Of a stretch of 64,000 nucleotides of DNA, positions 51,616 to 64,000 are shown one piece after another. The notes beneath the pieces are model-generated. The model had not been told where the DNA came from and did not search any database. It saw only the letters and a program-made list of their open reading frames with translations. How positions within the stretch are numbered: position 1 is the first letter of the stretch; the number at the start of each line of letters is the position of its first letter. The stretch is from Octopus vulgaris (lineage: Eukaryota). A program made the position numbers and the translations under genes. The stretch lies in contig OX597820.1 in assembly GCA_951406725.2 (NCBI GenBank), forward strand, positions 78,182,001-78,246,000, written 5' to 3'.

Positions 51616-52486
51616 TAATAAAAATAAAAATAAAAATAAAAATAAATTGAATAATAATAATAATAATAATATGGATAAAATTAATAACATTAATAATTCC
51701 TTAAATGCTGTATATAAATATAATTCTGATAATAATTTTAATAATATGAAGAATTCTAAATTTAATAATTATAATACTGACAATTATAATAAGGTGAATA
51801 AGAATAAAATTTGGTTAATAGTTCCTTATGGTGATCAAGTAAAAACGAATATTATCAAAGAGATTTTAGATATTATAGAACTATTTATTAGAGATAATCG
51901 TAAATATAAAAATATTTTCTCTAGTGATAATTTTGGAGTAGGTTATTCCACTACTAATAATGTAGGTAACATTATTTCTTCAGTTAATAAATTTAAACTG
52001 AATAATTTTTATAAAAATAAATTATTTGATAATAATAATAAGGATAAGACATATATTAATTGTACTTGTAGAGATAAATCTAAATGTAAATTAAATAATA
52101 AATGTGATATTAAAGATGTAGTGTATAAATGTATAGTTACATTACATGATAATAACTTTAAGAAGAATAATTACCCAAAAGCGGTTTATATAGGGTCTAC
52201 TTCCTCTAAAATAAAATTAAGAATCGCACAACATATGAATTCTTTTAAAAATAAAAACTTAATAAACTCCACTGGACTTAGTAAGTACATTTGGAGAATT
52301 AAATCACAAAATATTAATTATAGTTTAAATTGGGAAATAATTTGTAAAACTAAATCATATACTATAGGAGCGAATTGTTGTTCTTTATGCTCTAATGAGT
52401 TTAAAGAAATTTTATTTTATAAGTATGATAATTTACTTAATATAGGTGAAGAGCGCAAAATAAAATGTAGACATATATTACTTTAA
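51329..52486 (+). CDS. PLE RT-linker plus GIY-YIG endonuclease (partial), with poly-Asn expansion
   Basis: YNEAL..AGY, CTCRDKSKC.....C, VVYKC...VYIGST, KLRIAQH..SFK, STGLSKYIW, W.II, CSLC..E, KCRH. This Cys pattern resembles Naiad-type PLEs. Confidence 0.88.
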
Positions 52487-55400
52487 CTATATAATAGGTT
52501 CCATGATAAATAAAATTAATAGCCCCCTATTATAGGTTATTTTAGGTTAATTTGTTTTTTGTTTTTAGTTTAGAGTACTAAGTATATATTCTAATTTTAT
52601 AGTTTAGGCTTTAATTATAGTTAGTATTTAATTGGTATTTCTTTGTTTTGTATTTAATTAATATTTTATTGAGTGTGGGAATGAATAATAGTGTATATAT
52701 CGAGTTTGTACGTAAGTATATGTATGTGTGAGTGTGTATTTGGTTATGTTTGTGGGTGTGTGTATATATGTGTGTGTATTTGTGTGTATTGTGTATGAAA
52801 GGGGTTTTATCTTTATCTTTTTATTTGTATGTATGGACTTCATTATCATGATTAGTTTAATAAGTATTTTGCATGAAGGTATGGGTGTGTACAAGTGTAA
52901 GTATAGATGCGGTAGTGTATGAGTGCTATGTAATTGAGTGTAATTATTTATGCAATTGTATACATGCAAGTTTTGAATGTCTGTGTGATTGCACCCGTCT
53001 GCGTGTACACATTCATTTTTATATATATATATATTAATATCTATTTGAGTTTTAGTTTTTTATGGGTTTTTTAAAGAATTGTAGAAAGTTTTGTATATTC
53101 CATTCATATTATGTGTAGAAATGTTGTTTTTCTTTTGTATGTTTATGTATGTGTGAATGTGTGTGCGTGTGCGTTTTTGCTTGTATCGAGTTTTGTACGT
53201 ATGTATTTGTATGTGTGAGTGAGTATATGGTTATGTTTGTGGGTGTGTGTATATATGTGTGTGTATTTGTGTGTATTGTGTAAGGGGTTGTATCTTTATA
53301 TTTATACTTGTATGTATGGATTTTATTTATCATGATTATTTTAATAAGAATTTTTGTATGTAGGTATGGGTGTATATGTATGTGTGAGTGTGTACAAGTG
53401 TAAGTGTAGATGTGGGAGTGTATGGGTGCTATGTAATTGGGTGTGATTATTTATGCACTTGTATACATGTAAGTTTTGAATGTGCGTGTAATTGCACCCG
53501 TCTGCGTGTACACACTCTTTTATATATACTTTTTTATATATACTTTAATATATATATATGAGTTTTCGTTTATCATGGTCGTTTTAAAGTTTGTTTGTAT
53601 CGAGATTTGTACGTATGTATTTGTATGTGTGAGTGTGTGTATCGTTATGTTTGTGGGTGTGTGTATATATGTGTGTGTATTTGTGTGTATTGTGTTAGGG
53701 GTTGTATAGTTATATTTATACTTGTATGTATGGATTTCATTCATAAATGATATATAAATTAATAAAATTAATAGGCCCCTATTAAAGGTTACTGTAGATT
53801 AATTTGTTTTTAGTTTAGGGTACCATATATATATTTTTAGTTATATAGTTTAGACTTTAATTATAGTTAGTATTTAATTGGTATTTCTTTGTTTTGCATT
53901 TACTTAATATTTTATTGAGTGTGTGAATGAATATTAGTGTATATATCGAGTTTGTACGTATGTATATGTATGTGTGAGTGTGTATATGGTTATGTTTGTG
54001 GTGTGTGTATATATGTGTGTGTATTTGTGTGTATTGTGTATGAATGGGGTTTTATCTTTATCTTTATATTTGTATGTATAGACTTCATTATCATGATTAG
54101 TTTAATAAGTATTTTGTATGTAGGTATGGGTGTGTATGTATGTGTGCGTGTGTACAAGTGTAAGTATAGATGCAGTAGTGTATGAGTGCTATGTAATTGA
54201 GTGTGATTATTTATGTACTTGTATACATGCAAGTTTTGAATGTCCGTGTGATTGCACCCGTCTGCGTGTACACACTCATTTTTTTATATATATATTAATA
54301 TCTATATGAGTTTTCGTTTTTTATGGGTTTTTTAAAGAATTTGTAGAAAGTTTTGTATATCCATTCATAATTTTTTAATTTACGTTTGTTTACTACGTGC
54401 TAAGAATTTTATATTCCATTCATAATTTTGAAGACGCTGTTTTACGCGGCGCTAATAATTTTTATATGTTCGGTTCCATGGTAACGCAATTTTTGTTTAT
54501 TGTAATAACGGATAAAGTTATTCACTTCAAAATTTGATAATGATTAGAAGGTATGTATATTTTTCTCCTTTGTTAATCTTGTTACTTATGATAATCTGAT
54601 TTCTTATGGAGTATTTTATATATCGTATTATGTGTAGAGATGCTGTTTTCTTTTGTATGTTTATGTATGTGTGAATTTGTGTGCGTGTGCGTATTTGATT
54701 GTATCGAGTTTTGTACGTATTATTTGTATGTGTGAGTGTGTATATGGTTATGTTTGTGGGTGTGTGTATATATGTGTGTGTATTTATGTGTATTGTGTAA
54801 TGGGTTGTATCTTTATATTTATACTTGTATGTATGGATTTTATTTATCATGATTATTTTACTAAGAATTTTTTGTATGTAGGTATGGGTGTGTATGTATG
54901 TGTGAGAGTGTACAAGTGTAAGTGTAGATGTGGGAGTGTATGAGTGCTATGTAATTGGGTGTGATTATTTATGCACTTGTATATATGTAAGTTTTGTATG
55001 TGCGTGTGATTGCACCCGTCTGCGTGTACACACTCTTTTATATATATATTAATATATATGAGTTTTCGTTTTTTATGGTCGTTTTATTAAAGTTTGTTTG
55101 TATCGGGACTTGAACGTATGTATATGTATGTGTGAGTGTGTATATGGTTATGTTTGTGGGTGTGTGTATATATGTGTGTGTATTTGTGTGTATTGTGTTA
55201 GGGTTTGTATAGTTATATTTATACTTGAATGTATGGATTTCATTTCCATTCATAATTTTTTTAAATGTTTGATATCCACGTGCTAAGAACTGTTCGGTTT
55301 TCTTTTGAGTGTTTATGTATGTGTGAAAATGTGTGTGTGTGTGTGTGTGATTGTTTGCGTAATTTATTTATCTTATGGGTGTGGGTGTTTATATATTGGT

Positions 55401-55877
55401 ATATATCGTGTTCTGTATGTATGTGTATGTATATGTATGTGTGAGCGGGTATATGTATATTGTTTATGAATTGAGTGTTGTATGTGTGTGTGAGGAAGTA
55501 TGAATAAGTAATGTGTTGAGTGTATGAGGATGTATGTGTATATATAGTTTATTTTTTGTTTTTTGTTTTTTGTTTTTTGTTTTTAGGTTTTTGTTTTTGT
55601 TTTTTGTTTTTTGTTTTTTGTTTTTTGCTTGTTGTTTTTTGGTTTTTGTACATTTTTAAATATGAGAACTTTTATAATAGGTTTTTATATTCAATTGTTT
55701 ATAGGGTTTATTTTAGATTATTTTAGATTATATATTGATTATATATAGATTATATATAGATTATATATAGATTATATTTTTATTTTTTTACATTCTTTCA
55801 TTGATAATTTTATTGTTTTATTATTTTAAATTATTTTAAATTATATTTTAAAATATTGCTATTTTTAGATCGAAAAT

Positions 55878-55920
55878 CCACCTGAAGATTGTCGGAGCAG
55901 ACATAAAACATTTGTAGTGG
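55878..55920 (+). ncRNA. Degenerate minimal hammerhead (G12A)
   Basis: CCAC-CTGAAGA-T-TGTC(GGAGCA)GACA-T-aAAA-CATTTG-TA-GTGG. Confidence 0.6.
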
Positions 55921-56004
55921 CGGTTTATTTAATTTATATTAAAATTTTATGTATTGATTAAGTCTTTCCTTGTTTGGTTTTAAAATAGTGGTTTTGTCTC
56001 GAAT

Positions 56005-56043
<39 letters not shown>

Positions 56044-56150
56044 TAGGTGAATGAATTATCCTAGCATGGAAAATTCGGTTAACTGTGGGCACCATGTAGG
56101 CAGTCATCAAAACGTTTTTGTTCGTCTTGAGGCTGAAAGAGGCTCCTTAT

Positions 56151-56233
56151 CTTTCCTGGTGAGAAGATGGCATAATGCACCCTTTATTCCTTCGGAATTA
56201 AGAGTATGCCGTCTTCGAAACATGTGTCGAGAG
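56151..56233 (+). ncRNA. Hammerhead motif with a 12-bp helix II capped by UUCG (core CTGGTGA, A6G)
   Basis: CTTTC-CTGGTGA-GAAGATGGCATA...TTCC(TTCG)GAA...TATGCCGTCTTC-GAAA-CATGTG-TC-GAGAG. Same family as 32853. Confidence 0.7.
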
Positions 56234-56280
56234 TAAAGGAATTGTGTTAAAATCTTCGTTCGACTCCATTATTTCATTTA

Positions 56281-56316
<36 letters not shown>

Positions 56317-56544
56317 ATAGAAATATTAAAATTACTAAGTCACTCTAAAAGAGATTACGGCAGCGTTACTGGAAATTAATTGTTATCGCTATATTAATAT
56401 GGCAGTCTTATAGATATAAGACTAAAGCTGTCGCTGATTAGCTCCATGAGGCCATCGCCTTAAGCTAGCTATTTGACACACAAACTGTGTCCATTATAAC
56501 CTTCGAACAAGGGAGGTCAGCCGCTTCACACTGCCAGTCAGACA

Positions 56545-56587
56545 GCTACAGACGCGTTTCATGGTATTTGCCCTTTGTCAATGTAGC
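56545..56587 (-). ncRNA. Degenerate minimal hammerhead
   Basis: The - strand reads GCTACA-ttgacaa-AGGGCAAATACCAT-GAAA-CGCG-TC-TGTAGC: perfect helix I and two core substitutions. Confidence 0.55.
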
Positions 56588-56956
56588 GTAGTCAGACCCA
56601 GCAGGTGTCGCCACTGATCGTCTCTGTTCGAAGGGCTTATTTGTGTGTATGTATGTTATATATATATAGAGATAGATAGATAGATAGATAGATCGATAGA
56701 TAGATAGAGAAGTATATATATATGTGTTTTTGTGTGTATGTATGTTATATATATATAACATACTACTCGGTTTAATGACTGCACAGGGCGGGAATGTATG
56801 GGAAACGACTGAGTGATTAAAAAACAAACTCTCAGAAATTTATTGAGAAATTTTTCTTATCTCGTTATCAAAATGATACACGTGTGTACGTATTCTAGCA
56901 GAAAACTACTCGGAAAGCAGTATTACTGCTAGTAATAATAATATTAATTGAAAAAT

Positions 56957-57430
56957 CCTATTTGTAAATCTCACAACGGGATATATTCAGCAACAATACT
57001 TTGGAGTAAAGATTATTTGCCAACATAACATGGTGGTCCTGGTTATGGACTAATATTGCTGTAATTTAGCCATAGATCACATCGTCTCCAGCTGGCTGTG
57101 CGACAATCTGTGTCTTTATATTTTAGAACAAGGGAATCTAGCACCCCAACTCAGCTCAAAACAATATCTGTGTATCGCGATTTCCGGGTTATTTCCCTTC
57201 ATCAGCACAGAATAATTGTTTTGTGCTGATGAAGGGAAATAACCCGTAAATCCCGATACACAGATAATGTTTTGAGCTGAGTTGGGGTGCTAGATTCCAT
57301 TGATCAAAAATATAAGGACACAGATCGTTTCGTACAGCTATCTGGAGACGATGTGTCCGGGGCTAAATTACAGCAACATTCGTCCTAAACCAGGACTGCC
57401 ATATCTTGTTGGCAAAAATCTATACTCCAT
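56957..57430. mobile_element. ~430-bp imperfect palindrome with head-to-head hammerheads at its centre
   Basis: Arms at 57002-57210 and 57221-57429, with an AT-rich spacer of about 10 nt. Confidence 0.85.
57167..57211 (-). ncRNA. Minimal type I hammerhead ribozyme
   Basis: The - strand reads TCTGTG-CTGATGA-A-GGG(AAATAA)CCC-G-GAAA-TCGCGA-TA-CACAGA. A mutated mirror copy lies on + at 57221-57264. Confidence 0.8.
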
Positions 57431-57611
57431 AATAATAATAGTTTCTAACTTTAGCAAAATGTCAGCAACAACGTGGGAGAGGTGTCGGCCGATCAGATTG
57501 ATCACAGAACTCAACTGGTACCTATTTAATCGATCCAGAAAATGTTGAAAAGCCTATGGGAACTCGGCAGAATTTTCTACATTCTGTGTAGGTTTGTATA
57601 TGCATGTATGA

Positions 57612-58016
57612 ATGCGCAGCAGTGGCTGTGTGGTAAGTAGCTTGCTTCCCAACAACATGTTTCAGTGTTCAGTCCCATTGCGTGACACCTTGGGCAAGTG
57701 TCTTCTACTACAGCCTCAGTCCGAACTAAGCCTCCTGAGTGGATTTGTAAGACGGAAACTGAAAGAAGCCCACCGTATATGTATGTGTGTGTGTGTATGC
57801 CTGTGTGCCTGTGTCTGTCCCTCCACCGTCGCTTGAAAACTGTTGCTAGTGTGTGTACGTCCCCGTAACTTAGTGGTTCGGCAAAACACACCGATAAAAT
57901 AAGTACTAGGCTTACAAAGAATAAGAGCTTCGGGGCCGATTTGTTCGATTAAAGGCGGTGTTCCAGCATGGCCGCAGTCAAATGACTAAAACAGGTAAAA
58001 GAATAAAAGAATAAAA
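57612..58016 (+). mobile_element. SINE family A, full length
   Basis: Colinear with 49533-49940. Confidence 0.88.
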
Positions 58017-58068
<52 letters not shown>

Positions 58069-58101
58069 TCAAAAATAAGCAACAAGAATGACTCCGGTAA
58101 T

Positions 58102-58187
58102 TTGGTACAATTGTTTCGCACTACATCATTTTATTAAAAGTCGTAAGTATTACAGCAGATTTAAGATGCTGAGTGCTCATCAGCCAA
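58102..58187 (-). ncRNA. Type I hammerhead ribozyme with a large helix II insertion
   Basis: The - strand reads TTGG-CTGATGA-GCACT..(~50 nt)..AGTGC-GAAA-CAATTG-TA-CCAA. It overlaps an inverted repeat (58071-58158 / 58231-58319). Confidence 0.8.
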
Positions 58188-58435
58188 TTATATAGGTTTT
58201 CCAATAATACAAAAGCTTTCAAATCAAGTACTGCTGTAATACTTACGACTTTTAATAAAATGATGTAGTGCGAAACAATTGTACCAAATTACCGGAGTCA
58301 TTCTTGTTGTTTATTTTTTATTATAATCACCCCCGCAATTTTTTATGGATAACACCATGCAAAATTCTGGTGCATCTAAATTAAGTACCATATTCATTTG
58401 AATCTAAATTGTTGCTTAACTTATATATATATATA

Positions 58436-58952
58436 CTAGCAGTATCGCCCGGCGTTGCTCGGGTTTGTAAGGGAAATAACTATATAAGCATTTTTAGAGA
58501 GTTACTTCCTTTATAGATGCCAATTCGGGCTTTCTTAGCCATTTCTGTTTTGGTGTCTTCAAGCCATGAAGTCGTTGTTCTAAAAGAACGCTGGTCTCCT
58601 TGACAACGCATTACGACGTTGATTTCCTTAAACTCCCTTCCCCACAGCTTCACTAGGGAGGGAAGAAGGGGGAGAAGCAAAAACAGGTGCAGGTGTTTGA
58701 GCTTGGACGCCAACTCCGCCGCCATCGACACACGAAAAATTATGCATTAAAATGGAATAAAAAATAATGTTAAATTATTTTTAAAATCGTAGACTCATCG
58801 TAGACGCGCGCTAATACTCAGACGGGCTCGATATGAATCACGACTATAAGATACCCGGTTTTGGTTAAACTGCACCGCAAAATGTGGGAGGAGTTAGGAA
58901 TCTAAATCGTAGGAGACAGACACTCACACAACTACAGTTTTATATATATAGA
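58436..58952 (-). mobile_element. Non-autonomous Helitron
   Basis: The - strand starts A|TC and ends with hairpin CCCG(AGCAACGC)CGGG followed by CTAG|T. No TSD. Confidence 0.8.
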
Positions 58953-60399
58953 TATATATATATATACGTTGACAAAAGTGCGCACGCACACGCAGATGCC
59001 TGCTTGCCTGTCCATTATTGATCAGTATAACGGCATGATTACGCTTACGTGTGCGAGTATGGAACACTGAAAGAAAAATATTCGTATTGTGATGCGCATT
59101 GATTACCTACTGTCTTATGAAATATATTCATAGTTTTTATTGATTCAGCTATAGGAAAAATAAAATAAATGTTTCAGGCCTAATCATTGCTTAATTATCG
59201 TCTTCAACATATTGATTAAAAACTCTGAGTTGTTGAATAATTTTTCGATGCTTATAATTAGACAGCGACATCTTCCAAAACTGTGTTTTCTCTAGTGTTG
59301 CTCAAGGGCCAACCGTGCTCTAATGCTCTTTGTTTATGTAGGACATGTACGATTTTGTTTCTTATGCTGTCAATATTGTAGTTATATTTGTTTGACATGA
59401 ATAGGCATTCATTAGAGACCCGATGTATTTATGCCATCATTGGTTTACCATTGTGTTTAGTGTCAAGTGTTTTGTGTTTAGCGTGTATATATTTGTATTA
59501 TAGTTGTGAGGATCTAACAATTTGATTTTATGTATGAGTATGTGTGTGCATGTTTGTCCACGTGTGCACATGCATGTATACATACATGCATACTTTCATA
59601 TGCATGTTTTTATTCATTAGATCTATATTATTGATAACGTTGTTTTGACATCGGTTTTTATATTTGTGTAGCTGTAAATTTAAATTGAATGTTTTCTAAA
59701 TTACATCTACGCACTATCACATCATTCGCGGGCGCGCACACACACGTGTGCACACAGAAATCCACACACACACACACATATGAGTATATATGCGTATATA
59801 TGTATATGTGCATGTATGTATGTATGTATGTGTGTATATATGTATGTATATGGATATATGGAGATGCATACATACATACATACATGTATACATACATATA
59901 AACATACATACTTGCGTATATATATATATATATTCATACATACATAGCTAGTTTATTTCAAATACATTCTGCATAATTTACAACTGAAAGAGCCTCGTTC
60001 TCGATCTTCAGTTTTGTTTAAAGGACATTATTCCACTTTATTTAACAGTATAAGTAATTGTTTTCGCTTAATTGCATTTCATAGCTTTGCTGTATACAGA
60101 ATCTTCGAGGCTGGCTTGTAAATAAGGGTGGCAGTTAAAATTAATTGTAATGGATGGGAAAATTTCAATATTATATAATGCAAAATATTCTTTACAGGGA
60201 AATGCATGTATAGAAAACTTTCAAAAAACTTAGGCCGAATATTTTTAAATGATCAAATAAAGATATCTAAAATTAAAAGGTGATTGCGGAAAGAATTGAA
60301 TTAGAAGTACAAAGAGTTAGGTTGACAGGATGTAGGAAAAGAAAAAATATTTATTGTTTTTACTTAAGAACAAGGTCTGAAGTTAGTGGAGACGACACT

Positions 60400-60782
60400 T
60401 GAATGAACCCCAGAATTTTTGGGGAGAGAGCCAGTCGATTAGATCGACCCCGGTATATAACTGGCACTTAATTTATCGGCACCGAAAGAATGAGAGGCAA
60501 AATCGACATCGGCGAAATTTGAACTTAGAACGTAACAGCAGACGAAATACCTATTTCTTTACTACCCACAAGGGGCTAAACACAGAGAGGACAAACATGG
60601 ACAGACAGACGGATTAAGTTGATTATATCGAATCCAGTGCGTAACTGGTACTTAATTTATTGACCCCGAAAGGATGAAAGGCGAAGTCGACCTCGGCGGA
60701 ATTTGAACTCAGAACGTAGCGGCAGACGAAATACCGCTAAGCATTTCGCCCGGCGCGCTAACGTTTCTGCCAGCTCGCCGCA
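60400..60782 (-). mobile_element. SINE family B with duplicated core
   Basis: Reverse complement of the 11290-11670 architecture. Confidence 0.85.
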
Positions 60783-61104
60783 TTAACTTTAAAATTTATA
60801 GATATTCGCATGGTGGCAGAATCATTAGTACGTTGGACAAAATGGTTTATTCACATTACTTCTCTGGCCATTATTTACATTATTTACATTTGACGGATGT
60901 TTGTCCTCATCTTGTCTGATGTTAACACGTTTCGGCTGATATACCCTCCAGCGATGGAAATTTCGAACCTGGGTTCTCATTCCTATGGTATTTTTCGATG
61001 TTGTTGTTGTTATTATTATTATTGTTGTTTTTGTTGTTATTATTCAGGTCACTGCCTGGAATTGAGGTCGGAATCTTGGGGTTAGTAGCGTGATTAAGAC
61101 TGGT

Positions 61105-61830
61105 TAAGCGTTTGGACGTCGCGTCGAATTCTGTCAGGATCTACGTCAGCGTGCCACTGATGACCCCTCCTTCATGTCGGGGATCGTCAGCGGTTACGAG
61201 AGTTTGGTTTAAGGGTTCAACTCTGAGACGATAAAGCAGTCGTTACAATCGAAGAGCCCTTCATCTGCACGATCGAAGAAGACATGATAGAGCCTCAGCC
61301 AACTCAGGAGCATGCTCATCGTTTTGCTTTCGACATCGTCGGCATTATGCATCGAAGATTCGTTCTGCTGGAGCAGGATGTCAATCGAGGGTCCGACTGC
61401 GATGTTTAGAAGTGTTTGAGGGAGAACATTCAACGAAAGCGACTGATCTGTAGAGCGCGAAGAATTGGATGCTTCACAACAACAATACATCCCGTGACCC
61501 AGCTCTCCTCACCCGTCAGTTTATCGCCAAAAAAAAACAAAACAAAAAATACACAACATGATATCGCTTCCGCACTTGCTTCGTACACGAGATTTAGAAC
61601 CTCTGGACTTCTATCTCTTCCCCCACCCCTACCCTCAGAAGAAAATGGAGATCAAATGACGCCGTTTTAACACCGTTATCGAGATCCTGATCGAATCGCA
61701 GAAGGTCCTCGATTCGCTTACGGAAAACGACCCCTAAACCGGAGTCCAAAAGTGGCACGAATGCTGGGTCCAGTGAATTGCTGTGCAAGGTGATGTCAAA
61801 ACTTAGCTAAATAATTTATTTTGTTATCAA
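61105..61830 (+). pseudogene. Degenerate mariner transposase (catalytic region, internally deleted)
   Basis: Manual translation gives DDPSFMSGIVSGYES (ITGDESW-like), SMLIV, LRENIQRKR and an SPDLAP-like region. Confidence 0.75.
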
Positions 61831-62720
61831 ATATAACTAGTCTGGGATACCACGCCGTATGTATGCGTGTGCCTGTGTATGTATATGTTTTGTCTTGTAT
61901 TGTATATCCCAAGGCCTTTTTGTTTTTTGTAATTATATATCTGGGTATGTCATATTTTCCGTTTCTTGTCCTTTTATTTAATCCTGAAAATATTATTTAT
62001 ATAACGCACGCAGTCATTTAACTTTTTACCAATTTGTAGAATTATTCTTGGAATATTTTTGCGCCACTCTGTCTCTTACCTTTACTTTGCTTCTCTTAAT
62101 TTCCTTTCTTTCTCTCTGTTTCTCTCTGTTTCTCTCTCTCTCTTTCTCTATCTCTTTCTCTCTCTCTCTCTTTCTGTTTCTCTGTTCCCACTATCATGTG
62201 ACACGTGATGACCTAAGACGGTGTCATTCCTTTCGGCGCTGCCTTCCACCGTACTGGATAAGATTTTATAAGCTTCTCGCTCAACCCCTTCCGTGTCTCT
62301 AGTTCCTTAGGGCAATTTTCATTTCTCCGCGTTACCCACTTTTGTCTTGCCTTGCAGCCCCAAGGCTTTTTGTTCTATATGCATCATCATTATTAATTGT
62401 CTTCTTGAGGCCCTAATACTTTATTCTGTTTATTGTTTTGTCCCACGTCTGTCCACTAACGGTCTCGTCTCGGGCATGTCTCGTTTTGTTATGTTGTGCT
62501 CCTATTCCCGGCAAGATTTTTGTCGGTGCCCCCGGAGTGGAAGCAATATTATCGATAATTGCTAAAATTGCGCTTGACCCTCTGGCCGATAAGTGATGAA
62601 GAATCGGTGACCTTCTGTGATTTCTATTCGCCTGAGTATTTAGTATGTGTTCGTTTGTTTATTTACTACACGTTTTTTAAATTATATGTATATAGAGATA
62701 TGTCATATTCTCCGTTTCTC

Positions 62721-62795
<75 letters not shown>

Positions 62796-63431
62796 TATAT
62801 ATACATACATACATACAAATATCTGTGTTTGACTGTGTGTGTATCTGTTTGTCTGTGACATAATATATACCTGTACATGATTCTGTGCAATAGTAGAAAT
62901 TAAAGCATTAAAAATTTATTTGTAGAGATAACTAGCTAAAAAGACCAGTGTGGTGGAATGGTTAGTGGCGTATAGGTTAAATCTCAACGGAAGAATCTTC
63001 AGCGATATTCTAGTCGATTTTGTAAGCTAGTCCTAATTGATAAAAAACAGCAACAATATAGTAATGTGCAAAGGATATGCAATGAGAGAGAAATACCACT
63101 GTCGATAAAAACAAAAATTAAAAATGGTAAAGCAATTTCAAATTAAACATATATACCAACATGTATTTGTAAGAGAGAAGATTGGAAAATAAGGTGCAAA
63201 GCGGAAGAAAGAAAAACTTAATATACGTAAAAATAACACTTCGTGTAAATGAGTTGAAACGATACACGATGGTTTTCCATTTTTTTTCTTTTGCGTTTGT
63301 GGAGGATTGGTACCTGAGATTTACGTAAGAGATTAGCGATGTGAAATAGTAATCGATATGTAATCAACAGGAAATAGAAGAGATACCATTACCTCTCATA
63401 ACCTCTGTCTCTCTGTCTCTCTGTCTCTCTG

Positions 63432-63553
<122 letters not shown>

Positions 63554-63599
63554 ATATATATATATATATACATGCACGCAAAGATACACACACGCATAC

Positions 63600-64000
63600 A
63601 CAGGAGGTGGTATCACACTAGTTTTGTTTAATAAAAAATTGAGTTTTGACATCAACTTCTTCGAGTCATATTGCACAGCAATGCACCGGTCCCAGCATCC
63701 ATGACAAGTTTTGAATCAAGCCAGGAGGTCGTTTTCCGTAAGCGAGGCGATCTGGATCTCGAGAATGGTGCAAAAACGGCCATATTTGAGCTGCATTTTC
63801 TTCTGGGGGAAGAGATGGAAGTCTGCAGGTGCTAGTGCGGAAGCGATATCATGCTGTGTATTTTGGTGGGGGGGGGGCGAGAAACTGACGGATGAGGAGA
63901 GCTCGGTGGACAGGGTGTATTGTTGTGAAGCATCCAATTATTCTCGCTCCACAGATCAGGTCGCTTTCGTTAAATGTTCTCCCTCACACACTTCTAAACA
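63600..64000 (-). pseudogene. Second mariner copy, 3' part, running off the window
   Basis: Reverse complement of 61403-61815. SALAPADFHLFPQKKMQLK resembles the mariner YSPDLAPxDFHLF motif. Confidence 0.8.

Larger units (their letters stand above)
51329..56005 (+). mobile_element. 5'-truncated Penelope-like element with a very long repetitive 3' region
   Basis: GIY-YIG ORF, about 3.4 kb of GT-rich repeats, an HHR-like motif at 55878-55920, then (TA)n. Confidence 0.8.

Noticed and set aside
62180-62720. Possible solo LTR or HHR (GTGATGAAGAATCGG)
   Set aside because: No clear TG...CA ends or TSD, and no GAAA after the core-like motif.

Overview
This is eukaryotic, AT-rich, repeat-saturated DNA with no recognisable host protein-coding gene. 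The SINE families, (TA)n/(TAA)n/(TAGA)n/(CA)n microsatellites and LINE types resemble an octopod cephalopod intron or intergenic region; that is an inference, not a database match. Contents: (1) R4/Dong-type non-LTR retrotransposon fragments with a REL endonuclease, nested in (TAA)n at about 3.2-8.8 kb. (2) CR1/L2-group LINE fragments, one with an open RT frame. (3) An RTE-like 3' end with three C2H2 fingers. (4) Several Penelope-like element (PLE) GIY-YIG fragments. (5) Three tRNA-derived SINE families. (6) Mariner remnants, TIR MITEs and non-autonomous Helitrons. (7) A 20 x 91-bp minisatellite built from a SINE head. The main signal the ORF track does not show is about 18-19 type I hammerhead ribozyme (HHR) motifs, intact to degenerate, from about ten unrelated sequence families. 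Most have short palindromic helix III and sit in the terminal repeats of PLE-derived or non-coding elements next to (TA)n tracts. Some form inverted pairs, and one family has a recurrent non-canonical core (CUGUNGA). All folds were read by eye and none were computed. Most short ORFs in the track are microsatellite translations.
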